DNA from: Bigelowiella natans CCMP2755
Taxonomy: Eukaryota; Protista; Cercozoa
Assembly (NCBI GenBank): GCA_000320545.1
Contig: ADNK01003287.1
Span: 1-39,012, forward strand
Direction: 5' to 3'
DNA length: 39,012 bases
Of the stretch, positions 33,699-39,012 are shown in pieces (the first letter of the stretch is position 1; every line of letters begins with the position of its first letter). The position numbers were made by a program, and so were the translations under genes. The notes under the pieces were generated by a model, which saw nothing but the letters and a program-made list of their open reading frames with translations, searched no databases and was not told the DNA's origin.

Positions 33699-35788
33699 AA
33701 CACACACACACACATATTGAAACGTTTTACCTTAATGCGTAGGTAGGTATTATCATTTTAATTAAAATTGTGAGGACATATACCAATGGTTTTAAAGAAA
33801 TCCTAGTAGTGTTTGATTTGTGGGGAGTCATTCACGAATCTGCTATTTTCAAGAATTTCCTCCTAAGTAGCGCATCATAATTTATGCTAATTTCTGGTCG
33901 TTATTACCTCTCTATCATCGATATATCTCCATTAGGACGATTCAAAACAAGAGAGGGGCACATCTTTAGAGATTATAGAAACTCCAGGTTCTCGTGTATT
34001 TTGTTACCTAACAAAGATTTCTGCAGCAGGCGTATTGCTTTCTCCCTCTCTTTTGTCTCTATGTGTGTGCAGCATGTGCGTGTTTCTACTGGTTTCTCTT
34101 GGCTAAGGTCGAGGTCTTTGTATGTGTGGGGTGCATTTGTTGGCAAGTGCAGATATCACCTCTTTCTTCTGATCTTACCTCTCACTATTATCTGCTATTA
34201 ATGCTAAGGTCATACACCAGACTCCATTGCCATTTACTCGCATCTTGAAAAGCTACTTTTCGTCGGCGACAACATCTACCCATATACTGTGATCCACTTA
34301 GATTGCATCGGCAGCAAGTGAGTAGTAATTGCTGCCTCACACATCCTCCTCCATCCCTCATACTGTTCCCTCTACTACCTACTCCTCTACTCCTTATCTA
34401 CTTCCGCTACATGGATAATGAAGGGCATGTAACAACTTATATTGAAACCTACTACTAGTAGCAATGATTCGGATTTCGTTGTTTCATATGATAATTATGA
34501 TGATTATGATGACGACGACGACGATGCTATTTTCTCCTTTTTCGTTGTATGTTTCACATGATGATGATGATGATGATGATAATGATGATAATGATGATAA
34601 TTGTCGTCATTGGTATTGCCATTCTATGGATGTGCATTTTATATCATGAGATTGTTGCGGTTTTGTCGTTTATTGTTTGTTGTTGTTGTTGTTGTTGTTG
34701 TTAGTGTGAAAAGCTACGTTGATACGTTGAAGAAACTGCAGGCATACATAATAAAAGTAGTAATTAATAATAATGCTGCAGGCATATATATTAAAAGTAC
34801 TAATTGAGAACAACGACGACGAGGAGGCATCATCATGTCTCTTGATATTCATCAACAACATTCTACACACACGCGCGCGAATATGCAGTTTCTAACATCA
34901 TTCCGTGACACACGCTCCTCATCTAGCCAATAGCAGATGCTGACATCATGTCAAGTATGCGTTGCTGGGACATGCTAGCATGCGCGCATAAATGGCCTAT
35001 ACTAGTTGAATGCCTGCATGAGTTTGTTTCACATGTTGGATCTCTATAACTCCTCCTCCTCCTCTTCCGTTAGGTTGAGAAGGATGAACCTGGAAAGCTT
35101 CGTAGCCCTGAGGAAGTCGAAAAGTCCCTTCTTTGTCAGCCTTGTGACGATGAAGAAGAAGAAAAGGGGAATGGGGATGCAGAAGCAAAAATCGATAGTA
35201 GTAGTAGTACTGGCGAGGTGGAGAGCAAAGAAGAACAATCCAACGAAAAGGATGATGAGGAAAATCATCGGAAAGATGTACGTTAACGTGATGATAGTAG
35301 TGGTGATGATGATGATGATGAAGCACTAGAATGCCGATAATATGGATGATGGAAGATGGATGTTTCTCTTGACCATAGCATAGATGATCGAAGATGATGC
35401 TGCTCAAGTTGTTTTCCATATAATTTTGGCTGTTGAAGAAGATTTCACCACCACTGCTGCTTCCTCTGTAGATGATGATAATGATAACGATGATGCAGGC
35501 TATTGCTAATAAAGAAGAGAAGAATGATGATCGCAATAGCAATGAAACCAACAACAAACAGTGTGCAACGAAGGGTGAGAATAAGAATAGTAAAAGTGCT
35601 CACGACGAGGACGATACCAGGAGCTGCATTGATAATAGTCAGGCAGAAAGCAGCATTAACAACAAGAACAAGAAGGAAAATAATGGACAGAAAGGAAAGG
35701 AAGGAGGAGTATCTTCCAACAGTAACAACAAACAGAGAGATCAGCAGGTGCGAGGAGGCGTATGACGATGGATGATGGTGATGATGAG

Positions 35789-35820
<32 letters not shown>

Positions 35821-36142
35821 CGACACGACCATAATGAACAAAAATTCAGATTAAATGTTTTCTTTTGTGGACTAGTCAATTGGTATACAGCAGATATATT
35901 CTTCCTCTCTCTTTCTCCCCATGCTCCTCCTTTCATCACCCTACTATGTACAGGAAGAAAAGTCAAAAGGACCTCCTGCTGCTGCTGCTGTGCTTCAAGA
36001 ACAGCATCCACATCAGAAATTGATTGATGATTTCTGCCAGCTGGTACGAGTAGTTGTAGATCATACGTTTGGTATACTACAACCATCCTCCCATATCGTA
36101 TTTTCGAGTAGTCATGATCTCCATATTTTTGTCATCGTCATC

Positions 36143-36179
<37 letters not shown>

Positions 36180-36260
36180 CCGAGAACGTCATTTATTATT
36201 ATAGACAGGACAGAATGTGGAAGCACTGAATTTCAGCATCGACAGTCTCATGCAAATTTC

Positions 36261-36294
<34 letters not shown>

Positions 36295-37998
36295 TGCAGC
36301 AGCAGCAGCAATGTAGTAGTAGTAGTCATAAGAGAAAAGGAAGGAAGGGTTTAGGATGCCGAATCCACTATTAGTGTTGAAAAGGATGATTTGTACTCCG
36401 TGAATATGATGATGGATGGATGGTTTCTCAGTGTTCTCTCATTATGATACAGTTGTTACTTACCAGAGGCACCAGTGGGTGGTTTCGTGTCTATATGGTG
36501 TGCTGCTATATGTAAAATAATTGGAGGGCTATTACCAACTAAGAACGTCTTGCTGTGATGACATCAAATTGTTGTTCCATAGACTACAACGTGAACGAAA
36601 TGCTGGATATGTTCTTCACTAATGGCGCTGCCCTATCACAAATATGTCCACCAAATTCTGGACCACAGGACAACAGGCAGAGGAAAAGTGAAGGGAAAAA
36701 TAGTAATAATAGTGACTTAGTAGTAGCAGCAAGAGGAGGAGGGAGGGCTGAAGTCAAAAAGGAGTTCAAAGCACCTGAGGGGGTAACTAATAATAATTAA
36801 AACACAATATATATTATATTCATTATCACATCATCCATCATCATAGTTCAGCTCGAAATGATATTGTTCTAAACGTTATAATTGAAATTATCTATATTTT
36901 TGCCTACGACTTCAAAGACTACTATTACAACTACGACTACTACGACTACTATTATCCTGCACGAAATCTATCTTGATAAATAGGTTTGAATGTGAGAATC
37001 AATATTTGCTATCTTTGATGACAGGCACTTACTTGTATATAATTATAGCAGCAACCTCCTCCTCCTGCTGCATTGTTGTTGGTTTCTATTTCCCACATTA
37101 TATAATACTATTCTTCGAAGGTTCGGTTGTGCTGCGGACATGTCGAGGCTGCTCTAGACCCTAAGTAGCTTACCTACCACTACTAATACTACTACTACCA
37201 CTTTATCTACTTCTACCAACAACAACAATCCTGACGATGATGATGATGATGATGATGATGATAAAAGTATGTTTGGGTTGAATCGAAAGGGAAGCCTTCT
37301 TTTTTCAATAATACAATTTTATGCTGCTTATTCGTTAATGATTGAATTATAGGAGTATTGAACAGTTGCTAGCTCTTCTGGAGGCTGTAAAGGTAGTAAA
37401 ATTAGAACAAACCCCGCTCTCGTGCATGCATATTAACTAGAGCTACTACAGTTTGTAGCACTAGTCTATCTGCCTGCTTGTCTATCTGTCTGTGCGTCTG
37501 TGCTATATCTCTGCTCATCATATCATACTGATATTATTACCACCTTCTCTAAAAATAAAAAAGAACTTGATACGAGTCTTTCCTTGTAAATTGTGTGATA
37601 GGCGGGGGCACTTTATCCGTCACACGTTGATAGCGGCTATGGCGAGTACGTAGCACTACAAACCAATGAGTGTGATTACAACATATAAATACACAAAGAC
37701 ATACACACACACTAACATATATATATATATATATATGTTAGTGTGTGTGTGTGTGTGTGTGTGCGAGGGTGTGAATAAGTGTGTGTGTATAGTGCATACG
37801 ATGAAACGAGTGCTTTCATCAAGCAAAGCTAAAACAAACAGCCTGGAATCGAGTCGTATGCGTGCATGATTCTATGCTTCAAACATCGAGAAGATGCATT
37901 GTCACTCACACTCATTGGTTCTCCCTTTCTTCTCAAATCGTTGTAGATTCACAAATGGGACGTACAGCCTGATGATGAAGCTCAAGCCAAAATGGTGA
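32611..37998 (+). CDS. Metallo-beta-lactamase-fold hydrolase with an inserted acidic region and UBA-like domain
   Basis: MNRYHHEQ|ISKHTYKIVENDPYGQYPFLYAIM|GVDKCVVIDTGTG..|LPYLVINTHVHFDHVGGN (HxHxDH)..WLKEGDTIYL|..LEIIETP|GHTPDSIAI..LFVGDNIY..|VKSYVDTLKKLQ; insert exons ~35073-36782; VRLCCGHVE (last metal His, ~37121-37164)|SIEQLLALLEAVK|AGALYPSHVDSGYG|EFTNGTYSLMMKLKPKW* (TGA 37996-37998). Confidence 0.85.
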
Positions 37999-37999
37999 T

Positions 38000-38875
38000 G
38001 ATGACAACCTGGATAACATCAGTGACAGAGATGCATCATGATGATGATCGAGTCAATGATGTGACAACTCAAGACGTCGATTGGTGCACGGCAATTCTCG
38101 AGGAAGCATCTAACACACAGCCTCATCAAGCAAAAAGATTGCATGATGATCCGCTAATGCCATGAGATCCATGTAGCGATCTAGCAACGCACTCTGCCAG
38201 ACCACACTGAACTTCACCCCTAGCTAGCGTCACGTGCACGCATCTGCCTAGGCTAGCAGGGCCTCTGCAGACGATGTCAAGCAGGTTTTCATGAAATGAT
38301 GTCCACACGCGTCACATTGTGTGCACGCATCATGAATGCCCACAAACGCAGTCACACTTTGTCAGCATGCAAATGACTCCAGGACTTGTGAATGTCAGCA
38401 CAACACTCGCTCATTGCAATTGCGTCCACAGCTCCAGAGCTGACAGCGCTAGAGCGGCTTGCACGCACCTTGCAAAAGTCATGCCAGCATGGCCTGGGTT
38501 GCTAATTGGATGGGTGAACAGCCAGAAAGCCTGCAAGCACTGTCATTCGCATCAAAACCAAAAAGGGACCAAAATGTGTCACAGATGCAGGAGCTAATGA
38601 CGTTTGTGAACCATGACAGCTGTCAAACTCAACACATTCCGCGCTGTGTGTCACTTGCCAATTGCAATGTTCAGCCTGTCCACAGTGTCAGCACCCATTT
38701 TATCATCAATGACCCCTTCTGGCCTTGCACCTTTTCGAAAACAGTGCAGGTTTGTGTTTCAATTTTGCAACAATTTGAGCCAAACTCTCTTCTCATTCAC
38801 CCAACACGTGGTGACATCATTGCGGTCTGGCGGGGATTCATTCGGATGGGGTCAGGGTCAGGGTTGGGGTCAGGA
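38000..38875. other. Subtelomeric TpA-depleted island 5, ending in variant telomere repeats
   Basis: Hand count: 4 TA in 38281-38840 (CTAG, CTAA, CTAA, TTAT), against roughly 35-40 expected at this base composition. Confidence 0.9.
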
Positions 38876-39012
38876 GGGTTAGGGTTAGGGTTAGGGTTAG
38901 GGTTAGGGTTAGGGTTAGGGTTAGGGTTAGGGTTAGGGTTAGGGTTAGGGTTAGGGTTAGGGTTAGGGTTAGGGTTAGGGTTAGGGTTAGGGTTAAGGTT
39001 AGGGATAGGGTT
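38876..39012 (+). repeat. Telomere (TTAGGG)n, about 23 units
   Basis: The G-rich strand runs 5' to 3' toward the window end, as expected at a chromosome terminus. Confidence 0.98.

Noticed and set aside
34735-34790. GC-AG donor at CTGCAG|GCATAC
   Set aside because: The frame continues (AYIIK) to a canonical in-phase GT donor, so no non-canonical site is needed.
37947-38165. Tyr-free terminal exon IHKWDVQPDD..LMP* as evidence of mutation invading a live exon
   Set aside because: An intervening exon (~37602-37645) sets phase 2, giving the better MBL ending EFTNGTYSLMMKLKPKW* at 37998.
38991-39012. Terminal variant repeats TTAAGG and ATAGGG
   Set aside because: They lie in the last bases of the sequence and are probably read or consensus errors.

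Overview
This is a eukaryotic (protist-like) chromosome end: intron-rich genes, many microsatellites and a terminal (TTAGGG)n telomere at 38876-39012. Most ORF-track entries are microsatellite artefacts, so I rebuilt gene models by hand from GT-AG exon chains; coordinates are approximate. The genes are: a FAM135/DUF676 lipase-like protein (+, 5'-partial), TFIIE-alpha (-), an R3H/R3HDM4-like protein (+), a DDM1/LSH SNF2 remodeller (-), a signal-peptide + DM9-like + PhyH-type 2OG-Fe(II) dioxygenase fusion (-), a PH-domain protein (-), a metallo-beta-lactamase-fold hydrolase with a long acidic/UBA-like insert (+), and three hypothetical genes. The strongest signal is non-coding. Discrete islands fill all four convergent intergenic gaps I could define, plus the subtelomere. 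In them TpA is nearly erased (0 TA in 10810-11257, 4 in 38281-38840), CA/TG/CG are enriched, and survivors are mostly CTAG/CTAA/TTAG. Telomere-proximal repeats (TTAGGG to TCAGGG/TTGGGG), a decayed (TA)n tract and a reconstructable solo-LTR-like element carrying an HSE array all fit one process. That process is inferred to be a targeted, strand-symmetric A-to-G hypermutation at TpA, an inverse of fungal RIP. No enzyme for it is encoded in this window.
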